Below are positions 46,231 to 57,299 of a DNA stretch of 59,051 bases, one piece after another. The stretch is from assembly GCA_030611415.1 (NCBI GenBank), contig JAUWPW010000003.1:1-59051 (forward strand), given 5' to 3'. The translations under genes and the position numbers were made by a program. This DNA is from Candidatus Bipolaricaulota bacterium. Lineage in GTDB: Bacteria; Bipolaricaulota; Bipolaricaulia; UBA7950; UBA9294. Numbering within the stretch: position 1 is the first letter of the stretch; each line of letters opens with the position of its first letter. Below the pieces are notes generated by a model. The model saw only the letters and a program-made list of their open reading frames with translations, had not been told where the DNA came from and did no database searches.

Positions 46231-47055
46231 ATGGAAATTCATACGATTTACATTGTTGCCAACACTGAAAAACCGGACTCTCTACGTACCCTTGCCGTAC
46301 TAAAAGCATGGTGCAGCCTAAAAGGGATCAATACAATTGCCCTGGAAAAAGAGAGACCGCGGCGCTTGGATGTAGAGGGGGCAATAGCTGTTGCTCTAGG
46401 TGGGGATGGGACTGTGCTGCGTGCCGCGTCTCTGTTCGCGGATTCTGCCATACCTATCCTGGGAGCAAACCTGGGAAGCCTCGGGTTTCTTACACAAGCA
46501 AGAGCACCATTATTGACGGTTGCCCTGGAAGGGATATTGCGTGATGATTTTGTGATTGAGGAAAGGATGAGGCTTGCTATCACCATTGGCAGCAAGCAAG
46601 GGACTGCGCTAAATGATGTTGCCGTCACTGCTCCGGCTCGAATTCGTTTTTGCGAGATTGAACTGTTTTCGAGCGACGGCGTAGTAGCTACATATCCTGG
46701 TGATGGCCTGGTAATATCAACTGCCACTGGCTCTACGGCATACAGCTTGTCCGGTGGCGGAGCGGTGATTGTTCCGCCGATGGCGTGCCTTATGGCGACA
46801 CCGATCGCTACACATAGGCTGGGATTGCGATCGGTTGTCTTTCCCCCAACAGAGGCCTTGCTCATTAGGGCACATTCAGAAGTGAGTGTGTTTGTAGATG
46901 GTGATTTCTTCCTTGATCTTCACTCAGGTGGAGAAGTGACGGTGGAGCGAGCTAAGTTGCCCACTCGGCTTGTGCGCATGAACAACGGTCCTTCTTTTTT
47001 CAAGGTGTTAGAGGAAAAGCTCAACTGGGGAGACAAATCATCTCGAGAGGGTTAA
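46231..47055 (+). CDS. nadK: NAD+ kinase
   Basis: 274 aa with GGDGTVLRA and TGSTAYSLSGGG motifs. Confidence 0.93.
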   Translation: MEIHTIYIVANTEKPDSLRTLAVLKAWCSLKGINTIALEKERPRRLDVEGAIAVALGGDGTVLRAASLFADSAIPILGANLGSLGFLTQARAPLLTVALEGILRDDFVIEERMRLAITIGSKQGTALNDVAVTAPARIRFCEIELFSSDGVVATYPGDGLVISTATGSTAYSLSGGGAVIVPPMACLMATPIATHRLGLRSVVFPPTEALLIRAHSEVSVFVDGDFFLDLHSGGEVTVERAKLPTRLVRMNNGPSFFKVLEEKLNWGDKSSREG

Positions 47056-47062
47056 GAGACGC

Positions 47063-47104
47063 AAAGGGGCGTTGCTAGATTTACTGTCTTTTGCCCTTTT
47101 TTCT
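47063..47104 (+). terminator. Possible intrinsic terminator after nadK
   Basis: AAAGGGGC (47063..47070) pairs with GCCCTTTT (47093..47100, one G-U), followed by TTCT. The 22-nt loop is long, so confidence is modest. Confidence 0.35.
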
Positions 47105-47156
47105 ATTCGCTTAGAGGATATAATTTATGTTTAGCGTAGCTAAGAGGTGAGTGTAT

Positions 47157-48035
47157 ATGGTAGAAAAAGGTACGTATCGCGTAAAAAGTGGTCTTGCGGA
47201 AATGTTGAAGGGTGGCGTAATTATGGATGTCACCACTGCCGAGCAAGCGATAATAGCAGAACAAGCTGGCGCAGTTGCCGTAATGTCGTTGGAGCGAGTT
47301 CCGGCTGATATCCGTGCTCAGGGTGGAGTTGCTCGCATGGCTGACCCAACAAGGGTAAAGGAGATTCTTGCCGCGGTTTCCATTCCAGTGATGGCCAAAG
47401 CACGAATTGGGCACTTTGTGGAAGCCCAGGTGTTGGAAGCGCTCGAAGTAGATTATATAGATGAATCAGAGGTTCTTACACCTGCGGATCCGCAGTACCA
47501 CATAGATAAATGGGCATTTACCGTTCCGTTTGTTTGTGGGGCGCGCAATCTGGGAGAGGCCTGTCGGCGGATTGCTGAAGGGGCAGCAATGATTCGCACT
47601 AAAGGTGAGCCAGGCACAGGCAATGTTGTGGAAGCAGTAAGACACATGCGCCTGATGAATAAACAGATACGGTTGGTGTTAAGTGCTCCTACAGGAGAAC
47701 TGATGAGCATAGCTAAGGAAATGGGGGCCCCTTACCAAATCCTGCTTGCTATCCGTGAGAAAGGAAAGCTCCCCGTGGTGAATTTCGCTGCTGGTGGGAT
47801 AGCCACTCCTTCCGATGCAGCGATGATGATGCAGCTTGGCTGCGATGGAATCTTTGTTGGTAGTGGCGTGTTCAAGTCTGGTGATCCCGAAAAGCGGGCG
47901 CGCGCGATTGTCGAAGCAACAACCCACTACAAGGAACCGGGAATTGTTGCTAGTGTCTCCGAAGGACTCGGCGAAGCAATGGTTGGGATTTCCATCGATG
48001 AGATTCCTCCGCACGAGATGATGCAGGTCCGCTAG
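47157..48035 (+). CDS. pdxS: Pyridoxal 5'-phosphate synthase lyase subunit PdxS
   Basis: [10 protein letters not shown] and GEPGTGN motifs. Start set at ATG 47157, 6 nt after AAGAGGTGA. Confidence 0.96.
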   Translation: MVEKGTYRVKSGLAEMLKGGVIMDVTTAEQAIIAEQAGAVAVMSLERVPADIRAQGGVARMADPTRVKEILAAVSIPVMAKARIGHFVEAQVLEALEVDYIDESEVLTPADPQYHIDKWAFTVPFVCGARNLGEACRRIAEGAAMIRTKGEPGTGNVVEAVRHMRLMNKQIRLVLSAPTGELMSIAKEMGAPYQILLAIREKGKLPVVNFAAGGIATPSDAAMMMQLGCDGIFVGSGVFKSGDPEKRARAIVEATTHYKEPGIVASVSEGLGEAMVGISIDEIPPHEMMQVR

Positions 48036-48623
48036 GTGAGAGTCGGAGTCCTTGCCGTACAGGGGGCTGTGCGAGAGCACCTTAGTATTTTGTCTCAGTT
48101 AGGGATCGATGGCAGGAGGGTGAAGAAAGTTGGAGAGCTTTCAGGACTTTCAGGACTCATCCTTCCCGGAGGTGAGTCAACTACTATCTCCCTTTTATCT
48201 CGTGGTCACCTACTAACTAAGGTGGGTGAGCTGGTGAGCAAAGGGTTCCCAGTATTTGGGACCTGCGCTGGGATGATTCTGTTGGCAGGCGAAATAGAGG
48301 GGCAGGAAGATGCTTACGTACAGGCTATTGATATTACCGTAGCGCGTAACGCTTCCGGACGACAGGTTGATAGCTTTGAGACCATGCTTTGCGTAAAGGG
48401 AGTCGCGGATGACTTTCCAGCGGTCTTCATTCGTGCTCCCTATATCACCCGGATAGGGAATGGTGTGACGGTGCTGGCAAAGCATGAAGGTGCGGCGGTG
48501 ATGGCTCGTCAAGGGAATGTACTTGTAGCAAGCTTTCACCCGGAGCTAACCAGCGATATGCGGATTCATCGTTACTTCATAGGAATGGTAAAGGAATATG
48601 AGGAGAAGGAGGCTGTATTGTGA
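48036..48623 (+). CDS. pdxT: Pyridoxal 5'-phosphate synthase glutaminase subunit PdxT
   Basis: MRVGVLAVQGAVREH, GTCAG (catalytic Cys), SFHPELT. GTG start directly after the pdxS TAG. Confidence 0.95.
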   Translation: MRVGVLAVQGAVREHLSILSQLGIDGRRVKKVGELSGLSGLILPGGESTTISLLSRGHLLTKVGELVSKGFPVFGTCAGMILLAGEIEGQEDAYVQAIDITVARNASGRQVDSFETMLCVKGVADDFPAVFIRAPYITRIGNGVTVLAKHEGAAVMARQGNVLVASFHPELTSDMRIHRYFIGMVKEYEEKEAVL

Positions 48624-49633
48624 AGAGGGTTGCAATCAACGGGCTTGGGCGGATTGGGCGGATGTTCCTTCGCCTTGCCTTTGGCGGGAAAGACATAGAG
48701 ATCGTGGCGCTGAATGACACTCGGCTTGAAGCAAAGGCATTGGCCTATTTCTTAAAGTACGACTCAGTCTACGGACGTTACTCCAAGAACGTGACCCCTA
48801 AGGAAGGGGGGATAGAAGTTGATGGTGTGTTCATTCCACTTCTTGCAGAGCGTGACCCCGACAAGCTCCCATGGAAGGAGAAAGGTGTTGACTTGGTCGT
48901 GGAAGCGACGGGGATCTTCCTCTCTTATGATGGCAAGAAGGGTGCGTCGCGGCACCTTTCTGCAGGGGCGAAACAGGTTCTTCTCTCCGTGCCTCCCAAG
49001 GGAGACGGAGCGGAGAAAATCCCGCAGATTGTTTATGGGGTAAATGAGGAAATTTACGATCCTAAAGTGCACAGAATCGTTTCTGCTGCATCCTGTACGA
49101 CCAATTCACTGGCTCCTGTTGCGTACGTGCTCGAACAGGAGTATGGGATCGTGCACGCTTTCTTGACCACTGTGCATGCTTACACAAGTGGTCAGACCAT
49201 TGTTGATTCAGCTTCGAGCAAGCTCACTCGTGGCAGAGCCGCTGCGATAAACATCGTTCCTACTACGACTGGTGCTGCCACAGCTACCACCAAGGTAATC
49301 CCCGCGCTGACTGGAAAGATGGATGGAATAGCATTGCGCGTTCCCGTCCCCACAGGTGCGGCGAGTGACTTCGTTGCCGAGATGAAACAAGAGGTTAGTA
49401 TCGATGAAGTAAACGATGCTTTCCGTCGTTATGCCGATGGCAAGCTTGTAGGAGTTCTTGGAATAAGCGATGATCCTCTTGTCTCAAGTGACATTATAGG
49501 TGATCCGCGGGCAAGTGTTGTCGATCTGTCCTGTACTCGCGTGGTTGATAAAACTCTTCTCAAGGTTGTGACCTTTTACGACAATGAATGGGGATACACG
49601 AACCAGCTCCTGCGAGTGGCCACATTGCTATGA
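48620..49633 (+). CDS. gap: Type I glyceraldehyde-3-phosphate dehydrogenase
   Basis: INGLGRIGR NAD-binding motif and SCTTNSLAP active site. GTGA overlap with the pdxT stop. Confidence 0.95.
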   Translation: MKRVAINGLGRIGRMFLRLAFGGKDIEIVALNDTRLEAKALAYFLKYDSVYGRYSKNVTPKEGGIEVDGVFIPLLAERDPDKLPWKEKGVDLVVEATGIFLSYDGKKGASRHLSAGAKQVLLSVPPKGDGAEKIPQIVYGVNEEIYDPKVHRIVSAASCTTNSLAPVAYVLEQEYGIVHAFLTTVHAYTSGQTIVDSASSKLTRGRAAAINIVPTTTGAATATTKVIPALTGKMDGIALRVPVPTGAASDFVAEMKQEVSIDEVNDAFRRYADGKLVGVLGISDDPLVSSDIIGDPRASVVDLSCTRVVDKTLLKVVTFYDNEWGYTNQLLRVATLL

Positions 49634-50339
49634 CGGGAGCTGGCTGAAGAAAACTGCCAATAACGTACTATCGCTTCTCTTCCCGCCATACTGTCTTTTA
49701 TGTGGGGAGGCAACCGATGCAATGCAAGTGGTGTGCGATAATTGCGCGAGTGAGCTACCCTCATTGCAAGGAGCGCGGTGCTACCGTTGCCAGGGGTCAC
49801 TTGATGATCCAAGCGCGGATTTGTGTCGAGGTTGTGGAACCAGCAGCTGGGGCTTTGATCTTGCGCGTTCACTTGGTCCCTACAACAGTGGGTGGGGAGA
49901 ACTTGTGCGGGCGCTTAAGTTTGGGCGTGAACGGGCAATCACCCGTTTTCTTTCTACTCGTATGGCTTCCTATCTTAATACTGAACAACCGTTCCGGGCG
50001 ATTGACCTGATTACATATGTGCCTATGAGTCGACGTGCGCTTCGGCTGCGTGGGTTCAACCAAGCGCGACTGCTTGCGCTTAGTGTGGGACACATGGCAA
50101 ACATCCCTGTTTGCGGAGTATTATTGAAGAACAGAGACACCACAGCGCAAACGACTCTCTCTGCCAATAAACGAAAGGCAAACTTGCACGGAGCTTTCGC
50201 CGTGGTAAAATCTGGGAAAGAAAGAGTCCTTTTGATTGATGATATATACACGACTGGTTCAACAGTGGAGGAATGTTCACGTACCTTGAGAACAGGCGGA
50301 TACAAGGCGATCTTTGTTCTCACGGTAGCGCGGGCTTAA
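49584..50339 (+). CDS. comF: ComF family protein (zinc finger + phosphoribosyltransferase domain)
   Basis: CLLCGE...CDNC and CYRC...CRGC zinc-finger pairs, plus the PRT motif LLIDDIYTTGST. The only canonical start (ATG 49584) overlaps gap by 50 nt. The alternative is CTG 49644, after GGGAG. Confidence 0.85.
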   Translation: MNGDTRTSSCEWPHCYDGSWLKKTANNVLSLLFPPYCLLCGEATDAMQVVCDNCASELPSLQGARCYRCQGSLDDPSADLCRGCGTSSWGFDLARSLGPYNSGWGELVRALKFGRERAITRFLSTRMASYLNTEQPFRAIDLITYVPMSRRALRLRGFNQARLLALSVGHMANIPVCGVLLKNRDTTAQTTLSANKRKANLHGAFAVVKSGKERVLLIDDIYTTGSTVEECSRTLRTGGYKAIFVLTVARA

Positions 50340-50356
50340 GGCACGAGGGGTAGGCA

Positions 50357-50935
50357 ATGCGAATTGAATCGGTTTGCCTAGGACAGCTTGCGACGAACTG
50401 TTATCTCATAGACATTTTGGGAGTTATTGTACTGGTGGATCCGGCTGAGCCAAACGCCAAGCTTTTTTCGTTTATTGGCGACCGAAGGGTTGATCTAGTT
50501 GTAAATACACATGGTCATTTCGATCATGTGGGTGGTAATTGGGCGTTGAAGAAGCAAGGAGCAAGGATCTTTCTGCATCGGGACGATCTTCCTCTTGTTG
50601 ACCGTTCTTATCCCGGGCATGCAGCAATCGACCGTTATCTGAAGGAAGGAGACAAGATCGCTGGTGCATTGAGCGTATTGCATGTTCCTGGACATTCTCC
50701 TGGCAGCATAGCTTTGCTGGGAGATGGCGTCCTTTTTTCAGGAGATCTTCTATTTGCCGGATCTATCGGTAGAACCGATTTGCCCAGCGGGTCAATGCCT
50801 AAGATGATACAGTCCCTTAAACGGATTGTTGCGCTTGATGGTGACTATCGGATTTATCCCGGACATGGTGAGACAACAACGCTTGATAGGGAAAGAAGGA
50901 CGAACCCGTTTCTTCGTAACCTAGTGCCGTCATGA
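50357..50935 (+). CDS. MBL-fold metallo-hydrolase (glyoxalase II-like)
   Basis: 192 aa. THGHFDHVGG metal-binding motif and a downstream HVPGHSPG motif. Confidence 0.88.
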   Translation: MRIESVCLGQLATNCYLIDILGVIVLVDPAEPNAKLFSFIGDRRVDLVVNTHGHFDHVGGNWALKKQGARIFLHRDDLPLVDRSYPGHAAIDRYLKEGDKIAGALSVLHVPGHSPGSIALLGDGVLFSGDLLFAGSIGRTDLPSGSMPKMIQSLKRIVALDGDYRIYPGHGETTTLDRERRTNPFLRNLVPS

Positions 50936-52662
50936 ACAAAGACCGGCTTGATGTTCAGATGGTCAAGGAACGAGTTGATATGGTAGGCGTGATCTCTCGT
51001 TACGTTTCTCTCACAAAGACAGGGGCAAGCTATAAAGGACGTTGTCCTTTTCACTCGGATGATACTCCATCATTGGTGGTTAACCCGCAAAAGGGATTAT
51101 GGCACTGTTTTGGGTGTGGCGAGGGAGGAGATTTGTTCTCTTTCCTGATGAAGATCGAGCGGATATCATTCCCTGAGGCACTTGAGCGATTGGCGGCAGA
51201 AGCTGGCGTTTCCTTGCGACGACGGGACGATGGCGAGAAAGAGCCTCTACGAGAAATCATTGCCGAGGTGGCAGCATACTTTGCCGACAATCTTACCAAT
51301 AACCCTGCCGGGGAAAAGGCACGGGAGTATCTGCTCAAGCGTGGGTACAAGCAAGAGGTTTGGAAACAGTTTTGCCTTGGGTATGCGCTTCCTGGTTGGG
51401 ATCGACTAAAGAGGGAGTTTGGCAAGCGATACAGAGTTGAAACCCTAATACGCCTTGGTCTGTTAGTGAAGAGAGAAGATCGGTGTTATGACCGTTTTCG
51501 GGATAGGGTAATTTTCCCTATTTATGACCTTTCCGGTCGGCCGATTGCTTTTGGCGGGCGTGCCTTTGAGGGTGAACCGAAGTACTTGAACTCGTCGCAA
51601 AATCCTTTGTTTGACAAGGGCCGACAACTGTACGGTCTTTTGTGGGCGAGAGAAGAGATAAGCAGTTGTCGCACGGCAATTCTTGTTGAGGGATACACCG
51701 ATGTTATTTCGGTTAGCATTGCCGGTATTAAGCATGTTGTGGGGAGTATGGGAACAGCCCTGACCCAGAGACAAGCGGATCTCCTTGCGCGTTTCGCGGA
51801 TGAAGTAGTGATTGCCTATGATCGTGATGCAGCAGGCGGAGCAGCTTCACTGCGCGGGATGAGAATCCTGCGTAACAGTGGTCTTAACGTTCGTGTTGCC
51901 GAGCTTCCTATCGGGGAAGATCCTGATAGCTTCGTGAGCCGCGAAGGAGCGAAGGGCATGCTTGCCGTTGTTGATGAGTCAACTCCTTTCCATCATTTCT
52001 TTGTGAGATCGCTTGAACTTCGCTATGACCTATCTACTATTGCTGGAAAGGAGGGAGCCCTGGAAGAGTCGAGGGCGTTCTATCAAGGGATTGTGAGCCT
52101 CCCATTGCGACAGGAGATCACCAAGCTTCTGGCTGAGGGTCTTCAGCTTCCGGTGGATGAACTGAGGCAAGATCTTTCTAGAACACGACCCCACACACGA
52201 ATTGTGCGAGAAACAAGTGAAAAAGGACGAGGATGGAACGAGGAAGAAGTGATCCTTTGCCTTCTGTTGCGAGGAGAAGTGTTATGGAGCCAGGTTGTGG
52301 AGTTGGCTACACCAGATGATTTCTCACCTGAGTACAAGCCAATTGTAGAGGTCTTCGCTAACGCAGAAGAATCATCAGATCCTTCCAATCTGATTGAGGA
52401 GCTTGACGAAGAGCAGGCGCGGAAGGCGAGTTATCTTGCCCTTGCTCCAATTGTGTTTAGTGATGCCGAAAAAGCGTTGCAAGATGCACTGTTGCGACTA
52501 GTTAGGTTACCAAATATTGAGAAGCAGTTATCCAAATTGCGACAGAAGATCAAACAGGCTGAGGAATCCGCAGATCATAACAAGATCGATCTGTTACAAC
52601 GAGCGTACAGCGATTTGGTAGCAAAGAAGCTTTCGAGAAGGGGGACTTATGGGAAGAGCTAA
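50932..52662 (+). CDS. dnaG: DNA primase
   Basis: [30 protein letters not shown] zinc finger and a TOPRIM domain (EGYTDV). ATGA overlap with the upstream gene. Confidence 0.95.
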   Translation: MNKDRLDVQMVKERVDMVGVISRYVSLTKTGASYKGRCPFHSDDTPSLVVNPQKGLWHCFGCGEGGDLFSFLMKIERISFPEALERLAAEAGVSLRRRDDGEKEPLREIIAEVAAYFADNLTNNPAGEKAREYLLKRGYKQEVWKQFCLGYALPGWDRLKREFGKRYRVETLIRLGLLVKREDRCYDRFRDRVIFPIYDLSGRPIAFGGRAFEGEPKYLNSSQNPLFDKGRQLYGLLWAREEISSCRTAILVEGYTDVISVSIAGIKHVVGSMGTALTQRQADLLARFADEVVIAYDRDAAGGAASLRGMRILRNSGLNVRVAELPIGEDPDSFVSREGAKGMLAVVDESTPFHHFFVRSLELRYDLSTIAGKEGALEESRAFYQGIVSLPLRQEITKLLAEGLQLPVDELRQDLSRTRPHTRIVRETSEKGRGWNEEEVILCLLLRGEVLWSQVVELATPDDFSPEYKPIVEVFANAEESSDPSNLIEELDEEQARKASYLALAPIVFSDAEKALQDALLRLVRLPNIEKQLSKLRQKIKQAEESADHNKIDLLQRAYSDLVAKKLSRRGTYGKS

Positions 52663-53884
52663 GCATGATGACGCTGAGCTGGAAACAAAGCAGGGAGGCT
52701 ATCTTGATCAGCCCCTTCCTGAAACTGATGCCCCGATTAATATGGAACACTCCAATGCAGTAGATTTGCCAGGGATCACTTCCTCAGAGGCTAAGTCCGA
52801 GGCTAGTGGCAGTAGCACGTTAGATCTTGGCAAGCAAGAGGCCGTCGATGAATTGCTCTTGGAAGACGAAAACTCAGTTGAAGCACACAATTTAGAGAAA
52901 TCAAGGCTTCTAGAAGAGGTGAAGCGTTCCAGAGCACGAGACGATCCCGTGAAGACCTATCTGCGAGAGATAGGGAAAGTGCCATTATTGACCAGAGAAG
53001 AAGAAGTTGAGCTGGCGATGAGTATGGAAACCGGGGTATACAGCACCGATCGACTTGAACATGCAAAGCTAGCTGAAGATCATGGAATGAGCCTTCTTTC
53101 CGATAAAGAGAAGAACGAATTAGGCGAGATGGTACAGACAGGGAGAGAAGCACGGGAAATGCTTACCGTGTCTAATCTGCGTTTAGTTGTCTCGATCGCC
53201 AAACGCTACATGAACCGCGGATTGTCCTTTCTCGATCTGATTCAGGAAGGGAACATGGGATTGATGAAAGCGGTAGAGAAATTCGATTATGCTCGCGGGT
53301 TCAAATTCTCTACTTATGCTACTTGGTGGATCCGTCAGGCTGTTACTCGCGCCATTGCCGATCAATCACGAACAATCCGTGTTCCTGTACATATGATCGA
53401 AACTGTACGTGAGTTGAAGAGGGCTAAACGCGAGTATACACAGAAGCATGGTGCCACTCCTACCTTGGAGGACTTGTCGCGGTTGACGGGAATGTCAATT
53501 GACAAGATCAAGAGAGTGGAGAACGTCTCTCAGTATACAACCTCTTTGGAGCGACCAATAGGTGAAGAGAATGAGGACACATTGGGCGATTTTATTGAGG
53601 ATCCAAGTTCACCTTCCCCAACTAAGGAGACATTTCGTTTGTTCTTAAAGGAACAGTTGGACCGAGCTCTTAACCAGCTTGATGAGCGTGAAGGCGAGAT
53701 CCTGAGGCTCCGCTATGGCCTTGAGGATAGTCATCCACGTACCCTTAAGGAAGTTTCGCTAAAGTTTAACATCACTCGTGAGCGGGTACGACAGATCGAG
53801 ATCAAAGCGATCGAGAAGCTCAAACACCCCTCTCGCCGTGCCGAGTTGAAGCGCTTCCGCGAGCTATTGTTAGCAGAGGAATAG
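52649..53884 (+). CDS. rpoD: RNA polymerase primary sigma factor (sigma-70)
   Basis: Regions 1.2 to 4.2 are present: [70 protein letters not shown]. Confidence 0.96.
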   Translation: MGRAKHDDAELETKQGGYLDQPLPETDAPINMEHSNAVDLPGITSSEAKSEASGSSTLDLGKQEAVDELLLEDENSVEAHNLEKSRLLEEVKRSRARDDPVKTYLREIGKVPLLTREEEVELAMSMETGVYSTDRLEHAKLAEDHGMSLLSDKEKNELGEMVQTGREAREMLTVSNLRLVVSIAKRYMNRGLSFLDLIQEGNMGLMKAVEKFDYARGFKFSTYATWWIRQAVTRAIADQSRTIRVPVHMIETVRELKRAKREYTQKHGATPTLEDLSRLTGMSIDKIKRVENVSQYTTSLERPIGEENEDTLGDFIEDPSSPSPTKETFRLFLKEQLDRALNQLDEREGEILRLRYGLEDSHPRTLKEVSLKFNITRERVRQIEIKAIEKLKHPSRRAELKRFRELLLAEE

Positions 53885-53888
53885 CCCT

Positions 53889-54836
53889 GTGGGCGTTCTT
53901 GGTTCAGCCAGGGTGTCCAGCGGTTTTGTTGTGGTAATACTTGGTTCAACCGCAATAGGAAAGAGTGCTATCGCTGTTGAGGTCGCAACACGAATAAATG
54001 GTGAGGTAATCTCTGCGGATTCACGTGCATTCTTCCGTGGTTTACAGATCGCTACAGCCAGGCTTCCACTTCATGCACAGCGAGGTATTCGTCACCATTT
54101 AGTTGGTACTGTTGGGATCGATGAGAATTACGATGTAATGTCCTTTCGCATGAGTGTCGATAGACTGATTGAACAGATCCAGGACAGAGGGCATGTCCCG
54201 CTGATAGTTGGTGGAGGAACGCTCTATTTGAGTGCAATTCTTCACGGCATTTTTGCAGGTCCATCCGCCAATGGGGAACTGCGACGGGCTCTGGAACAGT
54301 GTTGTTTGGATGATATCTACCATGAGCTTTCTGCTGTTGATCCGGTATCAGCAAGACGGATTCATCCAAATGATAGGCTACGAATTATACGCGCGCTTGA
54401 AGTATACAAACTTACAGGAAAGCGAATCAGCGACCTACAGCAACAGGCAACACCCCTTCCGTATAGATTCAGGGTCTTTGGACTGGAGCGCGACAAAGAT
54501 GAGCACAGGCGGGCGATAGCCGCGCGTGTAGAGCAGATGCTCAGTCATGGCCTAGTCGATGAGGTAGCGCAATTGCGGCGCAATGGACTTAATCGAGGTT
54601 GTCAGGCCTATCGAACTATTGGAGTGCGCGAGGTTTTTGACCTGCTTGATAAAAAAATAACACCAGAAGAGATGAAGAAGCGGATCGTAAGTAATACCTG
54701 GAAACTTGTTCGTCGGCAAAAAGCATGGTTTCGGAGAGAACATGGAGTATGCTGGATAGATGTTAGTGCGCGAAAACCTTGGGAGGTTGTAGAAGAGATC
54801 GTGCAAGAATTGCAGTCGGAAACGACAGGAGTCTAA
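53889..54836 (+). CDS. miaA: tRNA dimethylallyltransferase
   Basis: P-loop GSTAIGKS, GGTLYL motif, and the helical insertion domain. GTG start. Confidence 0.9.
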   Translation: MGVLGSARVSSGFVVVILGSTAIGKSAIAVEVATRINGEVISADSRAFFRGLQIATARLPLHAQRGIRHHLVGTVGIDENYDVMSFRMSVDRLIEQIQDRGHVPLIVGGGTLYLSAILHGIFAGPSANGELRRALEQCCLDDIYHELSAVDPVSARRIHPNDRLRIIRALEVYKLTGKRISDLQQQATPLPYRFRVFGLERDKDEHRRAIAARVEQMLSHGLVDEVAQLRRNGLNRGCQAYRTIGVREVFDLLDKKITPEEMKKRIVSNTWKLVRRQKAWFRREHGVCWIDVSARKPWEVVEEIVQELQSETTGV

Positions 54837-54837
54837 C

Positions 54838-56403
54838 ATGGCAGATATGAACGAGGAGACACTTGTACTTACCAGCGATAACAGTCGACAGATTGATCGA
54901 GCGGCTATTGATGATGGGGTGTCATCCCAGGTCTTAATGGAAAGTGCTGGTCGTAGTGCTGCTGAACTGCTCATGAAAAGCTTCAACGTTAGGCGGGTTG
55001 CGATTGCAGTTGGTAGGGGCGGAAATGGGGGAGATGCGCTGGTATTAGCAAGGGTTCTCTATCAACATGGAATTGAGGTGCGTGCATTTGCTTTTTGCTC
55101 CCCGGAGGATTTTTCCCCACCCACTGAATTCATGGCGGAACTACTTGAAAAGGTATCACCAGGAACGCTTCGCGTGACAAGCAAAGGGTTATCTTCATTT
55201 AGAGAAGCGCTTGCATGGTCTGATTGTATAGTCGATGGATTGCTTGGGATTGGCGGTGATCGTCCGATTACCGGAAGGTATGCCAAGGCCGTAGAGTTGA
55301 TTAATGACTCAAAAGCAAAACGAATTGCACTCGATCTTCCTTCCGGGCTCTGTGCGGATCAAGGTGAGTCTATTGGTTTGGCATTGCGCGCAGATCTTAC
55401 AATCGCGATGCATTTTTTGAAACCGGCACATGTCCTTTACCCGGCACGTTCCTACTGCGGTGAAATCAAGCTCGCTACAGTCGATTATCCAGGTAGGGTG
55501 TTAAAGGAGACCAAGCCCTTTGCTCGTGTGACTCAGCCCTCTGGTGCAAAGGCATTGCTGACAAGAAGAGAACCAAATGGTCATAAAGGAACGTTTGGCC
55601 GAGTGTTGGTCCTTGCCGGATCGCGTGGAATGACCGGAGCAGCAATTCTTTGTTGTCGCGGGGCATTGCGTAGCGGAGCGGGTCTTGTTACCTTGGCTTG
55701 CCCGGCAAGCCTCAGCGGGATATTTGAGGCGGCACTCCCTGAGGTGATCGCCCTTCCCTTGCCAGATCAAGATGGGCACCTTATGCCACAGGCGGCCGCA
55801 GAAATGGAGCATGCGCTGGACGCTGCCGATGTGCTAGCAATGGGGCCAGGACTATCACGCTACCCCGAGGTAGGTGAAGTTGTTCTGGAGGTCCTTAAGC
55901 ATGCACAGATTCCCATTGTTATTGATGCCGATGGTTTGTTCCCGTTGGCTTCACGCATGGGCTTGCTGAAACGGGTGGCGCGGCGAGCAATCTTAACTCC
56001 ACATCCAGGCGAGCTTTCTTGGCTAATCGGTCGTTCGGCGGGAGAGATCGATCAAGACCGCGTTGAGGTCGCCCGAACCTTTGCGGGTGAGCATGAAGTG
56101 GTCATTATTGTTAAGGGTAGGCCAACCTCAATTGGTACCCCGAAGGGTGAAGTATACTTGAATCCGACTGGAAACACAGGCTTGGCTACTGGTGGAAGCG
56201 GAGATGTGTTAACCGGAATAATTGCCGGTTTGCTTGCGAGTGGGGCTTCGCTTGAAGGTGCGGCCATATTGGGAACCTACCTGCATGGTTATACCGCCGA
56301 TCTACTGGCTCGTGAAATAGCGGAGCGATCAATTCTTCCTAGCGATCTGATCGATGCGCTTCCGCTAGCTATTGCTGAAATAGAGAGGGTTTCCGTGTTC
56401 TGA
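54838..56403 (+). CDS. nnr: Bifunctional NAD(P)H-hydrate repair enzyme Nnr (epimerase + ADP-dependent dehydratase)
   Basis: 521 aa. YjeF N-terminal domain (GRGGNGGDALV) fused to the carbohydrate-kinase-like C-domain (GGSGDVLTGIIAG). Confidence 0.92.
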   Translation: MADMNEETLVLTSDNSRQIDRAAIDDGVSSQVLMESAGRSAAELLMKSFNVRRVAIAVGRGGNGGDALVLARVLYQHGIEVRAFAFCSPEDFSPPTEFMAELLEKVSPGTLRVTSKGLSSFREALAWSDCIVDGLLGIGGDRPITGRYAKAVELINDSKAKRIALDLPSGLCADQGESIGLALRADLTIAMHFLKPAHVLYPARSYCGEIKLATVDYPGRVLKETKPFARVTQPSGAKALLTRREPNGHKGTFGRVLVLAGSRGMTGAAILCCRGALRSGAGLVTLACPASLSGIFEAALPEVIALPLPDQDGHLMPQAAAEMEHALDAADVLAMGPGLSRYPEVGEVVLEVLKHAQIPIVIDADGLFPLASRMGLLKRVARRAILTPHPGELSWLIGRSAGEIDQDRVEVARTFAGEHEVVIIVKGRPTSIGTPKGEVYLNPTGNTGLATGGSGDVLTGIIAGLLASGASLEGAAILGTYLHGYTADLLAREIAERSILPSDLIDALPLAIAEIERVSVF

Positions 56404-56473
56404 AGCCCTGTTCAGGTTGACAGATCCGTATTTGTTGGGGATAATTGACTACAAAAATAAGGATTGGCTACTG

Positions 56474-57259
56474 ATGATCGGGCATAAGCATAAGATAAGT
56501 CTTGTTGACAGTCATGCTCATCTTGACTCATCAGAATACGAGGGCGAGCGGGCCGCGGTGATTGCCCGTGCGTTCACCGCGGGAATTGCGGTGATTACAG
56601 TAGGATTAGACCTGCTGTCGAGTGAAAAGAACCTTCGGCTTGCTCGACGTCACCGACATTTATGGGCCGCAATAGGTGTGCACCCGCACAACGCGGAGAC
56701 GCTGAACAAGAAGGTGTTCGATCGCCTGATGAGGCTTTCTCGTAACCAACGCGTGGTTGCGATTGGTGAGATTGGACTGGATTTCTATCGCGATCTTTGT
56801 CCCCGCGATGTGCAACGGGTAGCTTTCCGAAATCAAGTAGAGCTATCTCGTAAGCTAGACTTGCCAATTATTGTGCATAATCGAGAAGCTACACGGGACA
56901 TTCTTTCAATCTTGCGTGAGGTTTCATCATCTTATCGCGGGGTTATGCATTGTTTTTTGGGGGATCGTGCTCTAGCGGATGAATTCCTTGAACTTGGGTT
57001 TCACTTAGGAATTGGCGGTTCAATAACATTTGAGAAGAATGGTGCGCTGCGCAAAGTGGTCAAGAAATTGCCGCTTGATAAGATCTTGCTTGAGACGGAT
57101 TGCCCTTATCTCGCGCCTGTTCCTTACCGTGGAAAGCGCAATGAACCATGCTATGTTCGTTATGTGGCTGATACCATAGCTGAAGTCAAACACATCTCCG
57201 CTGAACAGGTGGCAGAAACAACCACTGAAAACGCGGCGACTCTCTTCAATCTGTGGTAA
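56474..57259 (+). CDS. tatD: TatD family metal-dependent hydrolase
   Basis: Motifs VDSHAHLD, EIGLDFY, HNREA, ETDCPYL. Start set at ATG 56474; the track's TTG 56417 adds 19 unsupported residues. Confidence 0.92.
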   Translation: MIGHKHKISLVDSHAHLDSSEYEGERAAVIARAFTAGIAVITVGLDLLSSEKNLRLARRHRHLWAAIGVHPHNAETLNKKVFDRLMRLSRNQRVVAIGEIGLDFYRDLCPRDVQRVAFRNQVELSRKLDLPIIVHNREATRDILSILREVSSSYRGVMHCFLGDRALADEFLELGFHLGIGGSITFEKNGALRKVVKKLPLDKILLETDCPYLAPVPYRGKRNEPCYVRYVADTIAEVKHISAEQVAETTTENAATLFNLW

Positions 57260-57299
57260 GGATAAGACCGTCTTTCTCATGTAATCATAAGGAGGAGTA

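Noticed and set aside
46248-46865. Long antisense ORFs opposite well-supported genes: 46248..46865 opposite nadK, 38385..38972 opposite rnfD, 32854..33408 opposite gyrA, 16093..16461 opposite pnp, and others
   Set aside because: These are shadow ORFs on the opposite strand of genes with strong family signatures. They have Arg/Ser/Pro-rich low-complexity translations and no RBS.
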